From positions 31,340-95,339 of the forward strand of contig JAFGHO010000016.1 of NCBI GenBank assembly GCA_016930085.1: a stretch of DNA of 64,000 nucleotides, in the 5' to 3' direction. The notes under the pieces are model-generated. The model saw nothing but the letters and a program-made list of their open reading frames with translations, made no database searches and was not told the origin of the DNA. Shown here piece by piece: positions 1 to 10,252 of the stretch. Position numbers and translations under genes: made by a program. This DNA comes from Spirochaetales bacterium (GTDB lineage: Bacteria; Spirochaetota; Spirochaetia; SZUA-6; JAFGRV01). Position 1 is the first letter of the stretch. Each line of letters begins with the position of its first letter.

Positions 1-12
1 TCCCTTTTTTAA

Positions 13-1050
13 TCATGCACCGCTCTCTTTCCGCTTTTCCACTGTTTGTGCGACGGGAAGCATCGGGTAGCGTTTCTGCAATCCGGCGAGCCTCGAAATC
101 TGTTTTTCCATAAATAGTCTGTATTCATCGGTTTCACCGTGAAGGGGCCGGTGATTGAAGGCTTTCTTTATTTTTTCCATTTCTTCCATAAAAGCTCGCG
201 CCTCCTCCGAAAAACAGGATTCGCAGAATCTGCTCATGATATAATCCGCCGCACTGCTTGACGGATGACAAAGATCATCCGCATAATAACGGTAATCCCT
301 CAGTTCATCAAGCAGGATTTCATACGAAGGGAAATACCACGAATCGGGGAATTCGGCCAGCTTCCCTATTGAGCAGCGAAGAACCGCCTTGCTCAAGGAA
401 TTTTCTTCCGCCCTGTCCCGAAGATGCCGCACGGGACTCAACGTAAGAATGACGATGAGGTGCGGATGCGCCTTTTTGAGCGTCTTCAATGCTTCACCGA
501 GGCGAGAGGTAATCTCCGTGGTGTCTAAGCGTTTCCGTTCAAATAAGGCCGGGGACAGTTTATGGCAGTTGTTCACCACGCGGCCTGTCTCCCGGTTGAT
601 ATAGGTATACGCGGTACCGAGGGTGAGGACAATAACACCCGCGTTTTCAAGAAACGCCCGGGCTTCCTCTAGACGCCCGTTTATCGTTTCAAGAAAAAGT
701 TGTTTATCCGGCATGCACACCTTCGTGTGAAAGGCGAAATGGCGGAAAAGCCCATGGTGTTCGAAAATCTCATCGTCACCGATAACATGACGGCGACAAA
801 GCATCTCGAGTCCGGAGGCGATCGAAAGGGGATTGTAGATATTGCCGAACGGTGACGTACAACAGCGGAGGGCATGTTTTACGAGATAGTCCGAAAGATA
901 TTCCGAAAAACATGAACCGATAAAGAATATTCCCTGTTCCGGTTTTATGGCAAACGGCGGTTTTGCGACAGCGACGGGTGTTATACTTTTTTTCAGGAAT
1001 TCCCGGGTAACAGGATTCATAAGCCCCCCGATATCAAGATGTCGATCCAT
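13..1050 (-). CDS. GSCFL-family (GDSL-like) hydrolase-like protein
   Basis: 345-aa ORF with a 'FFIGSCFSEY' motif near the N-terminus, characteristic of the GSCFL family. Other conserved blocks were not verified. Confidence 0.5.
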   Translation of the reverse strand: MDRHLDIGGLMNPVTREFLKKSITPVAVAKPPFAIKPEQGIFFIGSCFSEYLSDYLVKHALRCCTSPFGNIYNPLSIASGLEMLCRRHVIGDDEIFEHHGLFRHFAFHTKVCMPDKQLFLETINGRLEEARAFLENAGVIVLTLGTAYTYINRETGRVVNNCHKLSPALFERKRLDTTEITSRLGEALKTLKKAHPHLIVILTLSPVRHLRDRAEENSLSKAVLRCSIGKLAEFPDSWYFPSYEILLDELRDYRYYADDLCHPSSSAADYIMSRFCESCFSEEARAFMEEMEKIKKAFNHRPLHGETDEYRLFMEKQISRLAGLQKRYPMLPVAQTVEKRKESGA

Positions 1051-1173
1051 TGTCCCACAAGCCGATTACTCTGTCAAGGGAGCGCCGTTTATGAGGCTGC
1101 CGGACGTGAACGGGAAAATATTCCGACATGCGATATTACCGGCCGGTTTTTTTATTAAATTCACATTGTACGT

Positions 1174-3711
1174 TTAACCCGTGGCGTTGTCCCCGGGTGA
1201 GCGATCGAGTATTTCCCGGACTTTCTTCGCGAGCATTTCAGGTGAAAAGGGTTTTTGCAAAAAATCGACGCCCCCGGACCTGATACCGTGATCGATGATC
1301 GTGTGTTCCGTGTATCCCGAAATATAGAGTATCTTTATTTCAGGGAATATGGCGGAGATTCTTTCGGTGAGGGACGTAACATTCATCTCCGGAAGAATCA
1401 CATCGGTAATAAGCATATTCACGACGTGAAGCTGTCTTTCGGCGATGATCGAAAGAGCCTCCTGTCCGGAGTGTGTATCGATAACCGTATAACCGAAACC
1501 GGAAAGTGTCCGCCGCATCACTTTTCTGAGGCTTTCATCGTCTTCGACAAGAAGCAATGTTTCAAAACCGCCCGCCGTATCGTGTCCTGTAGTTTCCTTT
1601 TGTATATCCGTTCGCTCACTTCCATGCTGCCGCGGGAAAAAAATCTTGAACGTGGTACCGTGGCCGACCTCACTGTAGACATTAATGTGGCCACCGCTTT
1701 GTCTGACAATACCGAAAACCGTCGCGAGTCCGAGTCCCGTCCCCTTTTCCCTGTCCTTGGTGGTAAAAAATGGTTCGAAGATATTCTTTATGGTTTCACC
1801 ATCCATTCCGCACCCGGTATCCGTCACGGTGATCACCACATATTCCCCGGGTTTCACATCGGCGTGCAGTTCCGTATACGATTCATCGAGGTGAACGGCG
1901 CCTGTTTCGATGATCAGTTTCCCCCCGTGCGGCATGGCATCCCGCGAGTTAACCGCTAGATTCATCACAATCTGTTCGATCTGGGACACATCGGCCCTCA
2001 GAAACAAATCTTCTTTAGCGGTGATAATTCCAAGCTCGATATCTTCTCCGATGATACGGCCCAGCATTGTATTTATATTACGGATCAGTTCATTCAGATC
2101 GAACACCTGCATCATCATAATCTGTTTTCTGCTGAAAGCGAGCAACTGCTTTGTCAGGGTTGCCGCCATTGCCGCCGAGTTCCTGATTTCCTCGAATATT
2201 TCAAGCACATTTTTCGGCAGGTGAAATTGTATTTTGGCAATGTCGCAATACCCGAATATCGTGGTGAGAAGGTTGTTGAAATCATGGGCGATACCGCCCG
2301 CCAGTCTGCCAAGGGCTTCCATTTTGACGGAGTGGTTCAACTGCTCTTCGAGTTTTTTACGTTTTCGTATATCCCTGAGAACGGCGCAATGCACCCCCGG
2401 CAGTATGTTCGATGTCGCGTTGAACTCAAACTCGGCGGTCGTCCCGTCCTTCCTGATGAGGATTCGCTCCCCGCGAATACTCCCCATCCGGTGAAACCTC
2501 CCCCACTCGTTTTCCGATGCTTCATTTTTTGTACCGCCCATTAATGTATCCCACACCGTCATGGAAAGCAGTTCTTGTTTCGAATACCCGGTCAATTCGC
2601 ATGCGGCGGGATTGACTTCGATATGCCGGGCATGATCGTCGACGAGAAAGATCGCATCCAGCGTGCTGTTAAAAACAGCCTCGAAGCGTTTTCTGCTTTC
2701 TTCGAGCGCGACGTCGATTCTCTTCTGTTCCGATATGTCGTACACGAGACCGAGGACCGAATGAGGCGTTCCGTTCGCATCGCTTGTATTCTGTATATAT
2801 TCATGAATCCACCTCGTTTTTCCGTCCTTTCGGATGATCCGGTACTCCCTGTCACATGAATAGTTCGGTATTTCGGCGACAGCCTTTATCGTGTGATACA
2901 CCCTTCTCAGATCGTCTTTCTGGATTAGTTCGTCCCACCTCACCTTCCCCGATATAAAATCATCTTCCGTATACCCCGTTATTTCCTCCACGGCCCCGTG
3001 AAAAAAGACCGGAGTGAAATCGATTTCTCCGCGGTAGGTGATCCCCTTGAAATTTTCGACAAACAAGGAATACCTTTCCTCGCTGGTTTCGAGTTCCTTC
3101 AGGGTTTGCCGCTGAAGAGTCAACGCCTTTTCCGCGGATTCGGTCGAATCTTTGAGTTCACCCACCATCATGTCGAAACTTCGCATCGAGATCCAGCAGA
3201 TAAAGGCGATCAGAAAGAAAAAGACGATCGAGGGAATATTGGGAAACCGGCCCAGCCCGACCGCGAATACCGAGATAATCAAGCCCGATACAAAGGCGAC
3301 AATATAGGCCGCATACGGTCTGATAATCACACTCGCTATGATAATGGGAAGGGAGAAAAGGAGGAGACTCCTGCCGCTTGCGAGCTGGATCGGGGCGTCC
3401 GAAAGCGCAATAAGAACGGTCAGACAAAAGGTGAAAATGACACCGGAGGCGATGCCGGAGACATAACGGTTGAGCAGAAAACAGGCCGCACAGAGGATGA
3501 ACGCAACGGCCACGATAATTCCGAGACGAACGAGTTCCTCTGCCGAAAACAGTATCGGGAAAAAAAAATGAACAAGTACTAAAAAACCAAGGAACAGAAT
3601 GCAGCATCCGGCTGTTCCGGCAAGAAGTATGGAAAGAATTTTCCGCTTCCGCCTGTCATCCGGTTCATGTGCGTTTGTTTCGAAAATCCGACAGATCAAT
3701 TCCATACTCAT
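1174..3711 (-). CDS. Hybrid sensor histidine kinase with C-terminal receiver domain
   Basis: Several hydrophobic TM segments at the N-terminus are followed by PAS-like regions. An HisKA H-box 'GGIAHDFNNLLTTIFGY' and HATPase_c G-boxes 'DTGCGM' and 'GTGLGL' follow. The C-terminus is a CheY-like receiver ('LLLVEDDESLR ... ITDVILPEMN'). Confidence 0.8.
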   Translation of the reverse strand: MSMELICRIFETNAHEPDDRRKRKILSILLAGTAGCCILFLGFLVLVHFFFPILFSAEELVRLGIIVAVAFILCAACFLLNRYVSGIASGVIFTFCLTVLIALSDAPIQLASGRSLLLFSLPIIIASVIIRPYAAYIVAFVSGLIISVFAVGLGRFPNIPSIVFFFLIAFICWISMRSFDMMVGELKDSTESAEKALTLQRQTLKELETSEERYSLFVENFKGITYRGEIDFTPVFFHGAVEEITGYTEDDFISGKVRWDELIQKDDLRRVYHTIKAVAEIPNYSCDREYRIIRKDGKTRWIHEYIQNTSDANGTPHSVLGLVYDISEQKRIDVALEESRKRFEAVFNSTLDAIFLVDDHARHIEVNPAACELTGYSKQELLSMTVWDTLMGGTKNEASENEWGRFHRMGSIRGERILIRKDGTTAEFEFNATSNILPGVHCAVLRDIRKRKKLEEQLNHSVKMEALGRLAGGIAHDFNNLLTTIFGYCDIAKIQFHLPKNVLEIFEEIRNSAAMAATLTKQLLAFSRKQIMMMQVFDLNELIRNINTMLGRIIGEDIELGIITAKEDLFLRADVSQIEQIVMNLAVNSRDAMPHGGKLIIETGAVHLDESYTELHADVKPGEYVVITVTDTGCGMDGETIKNIFEPFFTTKDREKGTGLGLATVFGIVRQSGGHINVYSEVGHGTTFKIFFPRQHGSERTDIQKETTGHDTAGGFETLLLVEDDESLRKVMRRTLSGFGYTVIDTHSGQEALSIIAERQLHVVNMLITDVILPEMNVTSLTERISAIFPEIKILYISGYTEHTIIDHGIRSGGVDFLQKPFSPEMLAKKVREILDRSPGDNATG

Positions 3712-3943
3712 TCACCATTCATTGCCTTCCACCTCGTATCAAAAGCAATGCGGAATAAAAATGAGGTATGCTTCATCGAAAAAGTTACCGCTTCATCAAT
3801 GGTTGCCGCTTATGGTTTTGCTTTTCTCTCACAATGCATAGTATACTGATATTTTTCTTACTTTCAATCTTTTTTTCCCTTGTAAGCGGCATAAGAGTTA
3901 ATGAAATATCCGTTTTCGACCATGCCCGCGAAAACCTCAGCCG

Positions 3944-6900
3944 TTATTTCACGGAAAGTTTTCCACGAGAAAAAACGGCCAAAAGCCTGCCGGAAGCCGA
4001 GTCACGCAGGATTGTACCCCCGTGAACGGCCGATCCCTTTCGGACGGGAGTCAGCATATAGGTTAACTCGAATTGACCCGCGACACTCACCAGAGAGAGA
4101 TACAGTTTCCCCCCGGAAACCCTGTATCCGGTAATCCGGTGATCTGCGAGCAGTTTTTCGAGCGAGGTCTCCATGACCGTACAGTTTGAAGGAAGGGCTT
4201 CCTCGATGAGAACCGCGGGAATGGGTGTTTTGGTCTCCAGCGAAAGTTTTACCCGTACCGGCTGGCCGATTACCGCTTCTTCCGCCGCGCTGCGTACCAC
4301 CCCGACGTTCCCGTCATCCGTTTTCACCCTGCCGCCCCACACCTTTACCTCCACGATGACTGACGCCTCGAGCTTACCCGAGTAACCGGCCGTCACCCTG
4401 TTTTCACCCGGTACTATCCACGGAGAAATATCGACATAACCGAGTGCCGCTGCCGAGAGAAAAGGATCGTCGGGATCGACTTTGACTTTCGCCGCTTCCC
4501 TGCCGTTCACCGTCAAAACGATGGTTCCCTCCTCTTCTTCCGCAAAAGCCCCTGTTTCAAGAAGCGCGCGAATTGCCTGCGCCGTTCCGATCTCATTGTG
4601 CCAGGCGCCCCATGCCTCCCTGGTAGAAAGAAGCCATGTTATCCCTTCCCGGAGGAAACCTTTATAGGAAGCCGGATCAAAGGCCGCAAGGAGAGAAAGA
4701 ATGCGCGCATTAAGCTCGACCATGCCCCCGTACGCGTGATACCAGTGAGGTTCCCAATATCCCGTCCGCTTGAGCGATATGAGGTGTTTGATGCCTTTCT
4801 GTATAATATGATCGACGGATGTATCCTGCGCGAATCGCCTCCAATACAATAGACCCTGAATAGCGGCGGCGGCCGTCATCGGTTCGTCCGGCCTTTCTTC
4901 GAGGACGTTCGTCATTGTCTCCTTGAGTTCCCTTACATCCGATTCAACGCGATAGGGATCCGCCATCCCGGTAAGGGCGAAACAAAGCACCTCGAATATC
5001 TCCGCACTCAGGGCATAGTCGGTCTTTTCATTGAATACCTCCCAGAAATATGCTCCGCGCGACGACCAGAGCCCGTCGTTTCCGCGCCGAGCAAGAATAT
5101 ATTGCACCGCCTTATCCAGTACCGCGGACTCGACGTTAAGCCCCGCGTTTCGTATATCCATAAGGGCCCTCAGGCAGGCAACCGTGTAGTAAAGACCGGC
5201 CGATTCCTTATCTTCCTGTCCGCGGCCGTTTCCGGAAACGGCGTACCACCCCCAGCCCCCCGACTGAAGCTGATTATTTACCAGAACAAGCAGGGCGTCT
5301 TTGAGCTTGTTTACAAGCAATGCCTCCTTCTCCGCGTTCCGGTCCATAACGCGGACATAATCGAGCATCGCCGCGTTTGCGATCGCGGTCGCGGCGACGG
5401 TCCACGGCGAATACCAGGGATGGATGTCGAAAGCGTACCACGCCTGGAAAGCGGGAAACACATTTGGAAGCGAAACATTTACGCTTGCCGTATAATAAAC
5501 GGCATCACGGTCGATGCTGAAGCGGTGTTCGAAAGGCATGGCTCTGCCGATGACCGCCTTTGTCACGGAGGTATCGGGAATTCCGTCCGGCAGGACCATA
5601 ATCTTCTTTTTTTCGGCATCACCATATGTACCGGTATTGACCGATACCACATAGGTTTTTTCCCCGCAGGACGAGGCCGAGACGGTCCACTCGGCGAGGC
5701 AGTTTGAGTACGGGGGGATGACACACGTGTGTTCATCATCCCCGATAACGGAAAAACCGTCCGGGGAAAGCTTTGCTTTACAGGCAAGTGCCGAATCGGT
5801 GAGGTTTCTGAGTTGCGCGTGAACCGTCAACCGGTCACCCCTCGTCATGGCCGGAGGAAATGCCGACCGTATGAAAACGGGCTGCCTTACGCTTATTTCC
5901 TTCCGCAGCATCCCGATATATCCCTGCCGGTCCGTCGCCACGATCGTCAGATTTTGTGTGGTTATTTCATCGGGAATCCGGACGCTGACGGTCGCTTTGC
6001 CGTTTTTTGTCGCGAGTGACGGTTCCCAGAGTGCGGTCTCGGGAAAGCTTGTCCTGATGATGATCGTTCCGCCGGCTTTCGCTTCACCCGGTGAGTCGTC
6101 GGCATCTCTCCTCTTCGATGTATCGCCATTCGTCGTCTCATCATCCCCCGCTTCCATGGACTCCGCGATCATGTCTTCCTTTTCCGCCATATCAATCGAT
6201 TCTTCAAGCATCATACTTTTCGATTCCATCCCCTCTTCCATATATCCCCCGGCGTCGGCTTTTGAGGGGGGGGCCGCCTTTTCCAGTTCATCGGCGCCGA
6301 ATTGAGAAGCGACGGCGGAACCCGGTGCTTTCCAGCCCCAGTTCGAGTAGGCAATATCACGCCACGGGGAACCCCAGTTCCGGTCGACCACAGGCCAGGT
6401 GAGAACGCCGGCACCGCCTGTTGCGATCACCTTGGCCTGGGGATTATAGAAATGGCCGACCGGCGGTACAATAAATGGATCGAGAAGTGAAATGACAGCA
6501 TCATCGACAACGGAAACACCCAACGATTTCTCACCCTTACCGCCCTTGACCGTGATGCGGAAGACGGCCTTTTCACCCGGGGCCGACTGGGGTTTGAAGT
6601 TTTCAATAACGATCTCGAGTTCCCTGTCCGGATAAAACGTGATATGCTGGCCTTCCGTTATGAACCCGACATTCCCGCGGGTGTATGGTTTTCCACTCTG
6701 TTCCTTCTCGACCGCGCAGCAGTAGAGGTTGGCCAGCATCGAGCCCCATGTCGGCGCCGCTACTTCCCCCTCCGCATAATACTCGTTTCCCCGTTTTTTG
6801 ACGGGAATCGTCGTTGCCTGCACCAGGGCGCCGGAGATATCGGTGAGATCGACATGCACGACCTTTTCAATCGGAATATATGAAGGATCGAAATACACGG

Positions 6901-8284
6901 TGATTTCTGTTTTCATACCCGCTTTTTTGGGCAATTCGGCGACCTTGGAACTCATCGGCTTTTTTTCCTGAAAGGGAACGGCCCGTTCTCCCAACGCCGG
7001 TTTCATGATCGGACTTGACAGGACTGCGGTAACGGACGAGGAGGGCATGACGAATTCGAATCGTGCCAGTCCTTTTTCGTCTGTTTTCGATGTCAGGTTG
7101 ACCCCTATCTCCCCCACATTCAGAACAAGCTCGATTCCGGCCGCGGGCTGGCGGTCGATATCGACCACTTTGGCCAGTAGTTGAACCGTCTCTCCCGCCG
7201 GATAGGCGTCTTTGTCCAGTTCGATCACCGCCGAATATGGCCGCGCGGTATAAAGGACATCCCAGACAACCTCATCGGACTGGCCGTAGCTGTCTATGAC
7301 GCCGAGTTTTATCGTGAAGTAGCTTTCGACCTCGAGTCCCCTCCTTATTTCATCGAGTTCGGTCTTTCCGAGTGTGACCTCATAGTCCGGTTTCCCGGAC
7401 TCGAACGTTCGTGAAAACACTACCGTTTTTTTTTCATCTTCCACTATCATGGAAAGCTTCGAAGAAGACAACCGGCCGCCGGAAAAATAACCGAGTTCGA
7501 CATGAACATCGAGTCGTGTCTGGGTGTCCGTCAAATAGCGCTTCAAGTCATGTTTGATGCTTATAATCGGGGGAACAAAACGCTTGACCCTGATCCGCGC
7601 GCTCTCACGGGCCTTACCATAGAGAACGACAAGCTCGTAATCACCCTCTCTCATGTGCGGGGGAAGGGAAAACTCGGTCCACGCGATCCCGTCATCACCC
7701 GTCCTCACGTACTCGCCGTTATAGACATTCCCGGATGTATCCCGGAAGAGAAGCTGAATGTCCGCGTCCGGTATGGCGGTATATTCGCCTGCAAGCGACC
7801 ACGCGATCATCCGGACATACACTTTCTGGCCCGGGTTGTATACCCCCCTGTCCGTATAAACATACAATCGTTCCGCTTTGAAGCTTGCCGTCCGTGAACC
7901 GCAGGAAAAAAGTTTTTCTTCCCTGTAGCGGACGCCACCTTCGACGAGCACCGCTTCAAGATGATGGCTTTCCTTATCACCCGGTACGTAATCGAAAATA
8001 CAGACCCCGTTTTTGTCCGAACGCCCGACGACCTTGCCGTTCACCTTCACTTCCGCTTTGCCGGCGGGAGAAAAATCGGGTTTGAAAAGGGTAACGTGGA
8101 TTTTGGTCGGGTCCGTCGACCAGATCTGATACGGGTAATTGATAATCATCACCAGGCGCGATTCCTCTTTTATCTCCTGTTGCCCGGTTGCATAGCTATT
8201 AAAAGCGGAAAGGAGGAACACAACAAGTAAAAGTCCTCCCGTTATTCCCCTCATACCGCTTCTTTCAATTATTGTATGCTTCAT
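3944..8284 (-). CDS. Large secreted alpha-2-macroglobulin-family protein; no canonical CxEQ thioester seen
   Basis: The ORF runs 3944-8488. The likely start is the internal Met at 8284, 'MKHTIIERSGMRGITGGLLLVVFLLSAF', which gives a Sec signal peptide. The body is long and beta-rich, like MG domains. An acidic low-complexity stretch 'EEGMESKSMMLEESIDMAEKEDMIAESMEAGDDETTNGD' looks like a bait region. The C-terminal half has alpha/alpha-toroid prenyltransferase-like repeats ('SGGWGWYAVSGNG ... GLYYTVACLRALMD'), as in A2M TED domains. No CGEQ/CLEQ thioester motif was found. Confidence 0.45.
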   Translation of the reverse strand: MKHTIIERSGMRGITGGLLLVVFLLSAFNSYATGQQEIKEESRLVMIINYPYQIWSTDPTKIHVTLFKPDFSPAGKAEVKVNGKVVGRSDKNGVCIFDYVPGDKESHHLEAVLVEGGVRYREEKLFSCGSRTASFKAERLYVYTDRGVYNPGQKVYVRMIAWSLAGEYTAIPDADIQLLFRDTSGNVYNGEYVRTGDDGIAWTEFSLPPHMREGDYELVVLYGKARESARIRVKRFVPPIISIKHDLKRYLTDTQTRLDVHVELGYFSGGRLSSSKLSMIVEDEKKTVVFSRTFESGKPDYEVTLGKTELDEIRRGLEVESYFTIKLGVIDSYGQSDEVVWDVLYTARPYSAVIELDKDAYPAGETVQLLAKVVDIDRQPAAGIELVLNVGEIGVNLTSKTDEKGLARFEFVMPSSSVTAVLSSPIMKPALGERAVPFQEKKPMSSKVAELPKKAGMKTEITVYFDPSYIPIEKVVHVDLTDISGALVQATTIPVKKRGNEYYAEGEVAAPTWGSMLANLYCCAVEKEQSGKPYTRGNVGFITEGQHITFYPDRELEIVIENFKPQSAPGEKAVFRITVKGGKGEKSLGVSVVDDAVISLLDPFIVPPVGHFYNPQAKVIATGGAGVLTWPVVDRNWGSPWRDIAYSNWGWKAPGSAVASQFGADELEKAAPPSKADAGGYMEEGMESKSMMLEESIDMAEKEDMIAESMEAGDDETTNGDTSKRRDADDSPGEAKAGGTIIIRTSFPETALWEPSLATKNGKATVSVRIPDEITTQNLTIVATDRQGYIGMLRKEISVRQPVFIRSAFPPAMTRGDRLTVHAQLRNLTDSALACKAKLSPDGFSVIGDDEHTCVIPPYSNCLAEWTVSASSCGEKTYVVSVNTGTYGDAEKKKIMVLPDGIPDTSVTKAVIGRAMPFEHRFSIDRDAVYYTASVNVSLPNVFPAFQAWYAFDIHPWYSPWTVAATAIANAAMLDYVRVMDRNAEKEALLVNKLKDALLVLVNNQLQSGGWGWYAVSGNGRGQEDKESAGLYYTVACLRALMDIRNAGLNVESAVLDKAVQYILARRGNDGLWSSRGAYFWEVFNEKTDYALSAEIFEVLCFALTGMADPYRVESDVRELKETMTNVLEERPDEPMTAAAAIQGLLYWRRFAQDTSVDHIIQKGIKHLISLKRTGYWEPHWYHAYGGMVELNARILSLLAAFDPASYKGFLREGITWLLSTREAWGAWHNEIGTAQAIRALLETGAFAEEEEGTIVLTVNGREAAKVKVDPDDPFLSAAALGYVDISPWIVPGENRVTAGYSGKLEASVIVEVKVWGGRVKTDDGNVGVVRSAAEEAVIGQPVRVKLSLETKTPIPAVLIEEALPSNCTVMETSLEKLLADHRITGYRVSGGKLYLSLVSVAGQFELTYMLTPVRKGSAVHGGTILRDSASGRLLAVFSRGKLSVK

Positions 8285-8591
8285 GGTAACCCTCTCATTC
8301 TCATTGATGTAATCCGGATGTTTCGGCGGGGGCGGAAAAGATCCGGCCTTTCCGCCTTCCCCTTTCTTCCGGATTATCACCCTTTCAACTAGTATAGATG
8401 TAATAAGGAAAATTCTCCACAGGAATTTCATTGACTCATATAGTACGGGGTTATCCGATAATAGTAACACAATCTTCGATTCTTGCATTTTTTAAAAATA
8501 TTATGCATTATATCGTTAAGGCCTTTTGTTTCGTGAAAACATTGAGGCAGCGCATGCGGCAATCGATATTCGCGCACGGGGAGGTGAACTC

Positions 8592-9251
8592 ATGGGGAAA
8601 AAATTTCCGTTTACGCTTGAAGAGAATCCGGATGAACTGGCCGGGCTTTCCTTCTGGAATGCCGATGTGTATCGCGATCTCCTTGCCTGTCAACGCGGCA
8701 CTATGACGGAAGACGAGTTTGATGTAAAATACGGAAAAAAAGCGGCAATTCTCATTCTCGATATGACGGGATTCACGAAATCGACACTCAGGATTTCTCC
8801 CCTCTATAGTTTTTTCCGGATCCTGAATGCCCAGAAAATTTGCCTTCCCGTTTTCAGGGAATATGGGGCCTATACCATTCATGCTTTTGCCGATAATTTC
8901 ACCGCCGTTTTCCATGAACCCTCTGCGGCGATCGATGCGGCATGTGAAATTCACCGGCGGATCGGGTGCTATTATGAAATCGAAAGCGAATCCGGCGAGA
9001 TAGCCCAGTGCTGTATCGGGATCGGGTACGGCAAGGTATACGCGATCGGAGCGGATAAGGCCATGGGAGATGAAATGAACCGGGCATCGAAACTCGGCGA
9101 GGATATCGCGAAAGGCTCGGAAACACTCGTGACGGAAAATGTCTATAATGAAGCGAAAAACCGGCCCGACCTCCGGTTTCACCTCCAGACACACGATGAG
9201 GTTCCCTTCCCGTTTTTTACGGTAACGAGAAAAAAAAAGAGGAAAGGCTGA
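8592..9251 (+). CDS. Minimal class-III adenylate/guanylate cyclase homology domain protein
   Basis: A GGAGG RBS lies 7 nt upstream of the ATG at 8592. Motifs 'AAILILDMTGFTKST' (first metal-binding Asp), 'HAFADNFTAVFHEPSAAIDAACEI' and 'CCIGIGYGKVYAIGADKAMGDEMNRASKLGEDIAKGSETLVTENV' match the conserved class III cyclase blocks. Confidence 0.6.
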   Translation: MGKKFPFTLEENPDELAGLSFWNADVYRDLLACQRGTMTEDEFDVKYGKKAAILILDMTGFTKSTLRISPLYSFFRILNAQKICLPVFREYGAYTIHAFADNFTAVFHEPSAAIDAACEIHRRIGCYYEIESESGEIAQCCIGIGYGKVYAIGADKAMGDEMNRASKLGEDIAKGSETLVTENVYNEAKNRPDLRFHLQTHDEVPFPFFTVTRKKKRKG

Positions 9252-9564
9252 TGGTAATATTTCCAGGCCAGCCATCCTCTTGAAACCCCTGTATTATTAT
9301 GTAGTAGCATAATACTACTATTAATCAGGATTATTTCCTGAATGCCGTTACATTGATAAATATAACAGAGAAATAGAATATTTCAACTATACCAGATGGC
9401 ATGTTTTTTTGTACCATTTGGCATATTTATATGATAAAAATTTTTACGGTACCTTACTGTCAACAGGGTCAAGAACCCTTTATTGACATAAAAAGAATAA
9501 CCTATTATTATATATAAAGAAGAAAGACGTAAAGAAACATCGAACAATACATGAGGCAGATTAT

Positions 9565-10161
9565 ATGCTTTTGAACAATAAGAAGACCGATAATGCCGAA
9601 TGGTATCTCGAAGCACAGCATAGCGGAGGTGAGGTATACAGTATACCGATTGACAAAGATCCCTTCATAATCGGCAGAAAAAACGATTGTCATCTCATAC
9701 TTCCCGCGCGTGATATTTCACGAAATCACGCAAAAATATTCAAAAAGGGAACCGCGCTTCTTATTAAAGATCTTCAAAGCACAAACGGTACCTTTATCAA
9801 TCAGAAAAGGATAAAAGAAGAAGAATCCCTGAATAACGGGGACCTTGTCCAGTTCGGTTCCATGAAATTCAGAATATGCAAAAAAGACGAAGAAGAACTG
9901 GAGCATACCGCGACCTTTTTTTCCGACAGTCCCCAGGACGAGGAAGATTTCTTCAGCTATTTCAATTTTACTTCACGTGAAAAAGAGATCTTTTTCCTTC
10001 TCATCGACGGAAAAGCGACAAAAGAAATCGCGACGACACTTTTCATCTCGCCGGGAACGGCGAAAAACCATGTCCTCAATATCTTCAAAAAAACGAATGT
10101 TCATTCGAGAATGATGCTGATGACAAAATATCTCAATTTCAAACAGCATGTGAATGAATAA
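9565..10161 (+). CDS. FHA-domain / LuxR-type HTH transcriptional regulator
   Basis: The N-terminal FHA signature is 'FIIGRKNDCHLILPARDISRNHAKI...STNGTFIN'. The C-terminal LuxR/GerE HTH is 'TSREKEIFFLLIDGKATKEIATTLFISPGTAKNHVLNIFKK'. Confidence 0.7.
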   Translation: MLLNNKKTDNAEWYLEAQHSGGEVYSIPIDKDPFIIGRKNDCHLILPARDISRNHAKIFKKGTALLIKDLQSTNGTFINQKRIKEEESLNNGDLVQFGSMKFRICKKDEEELEHTATFFSDSPQDEEDFFSYFNFTSREKEIFFLLIDGKATKEIATTLFISPGTAKNHVLNIFKKTNVHSRMMLMTKYLNFKQHVNE

Positions 10162-10252
10162 GCCGGGTATTTTTCCGGATTAAAGAGACGGGCCATCCGT
10201 ATATCGGATTTTTTGAATTGGTTTCCCTTGACTTTTACGATATACCTCCGTT

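Noticed and set aside
8508-9275. 255-aa minus-strand ORF overlapping the minimal cyclase gene
   Set aside because: The plus-strand frame has canonical class III cyclase blocks and a GGAGG RBS. The antisense frame has no motifs.
9252-9564. AT-rich 310-bp gap scanned for a tRNA/ncRNA or effector gene downstream of the minimal cyclase
   Set aside because: There is no ORF with an RBS and no tRNA-like T-loop (GGTTCGAATCC). Only short inverted repeats are present (tagtagcataatactacta), consistent with promoter/operator DNA for the FHA-LuxR gene.
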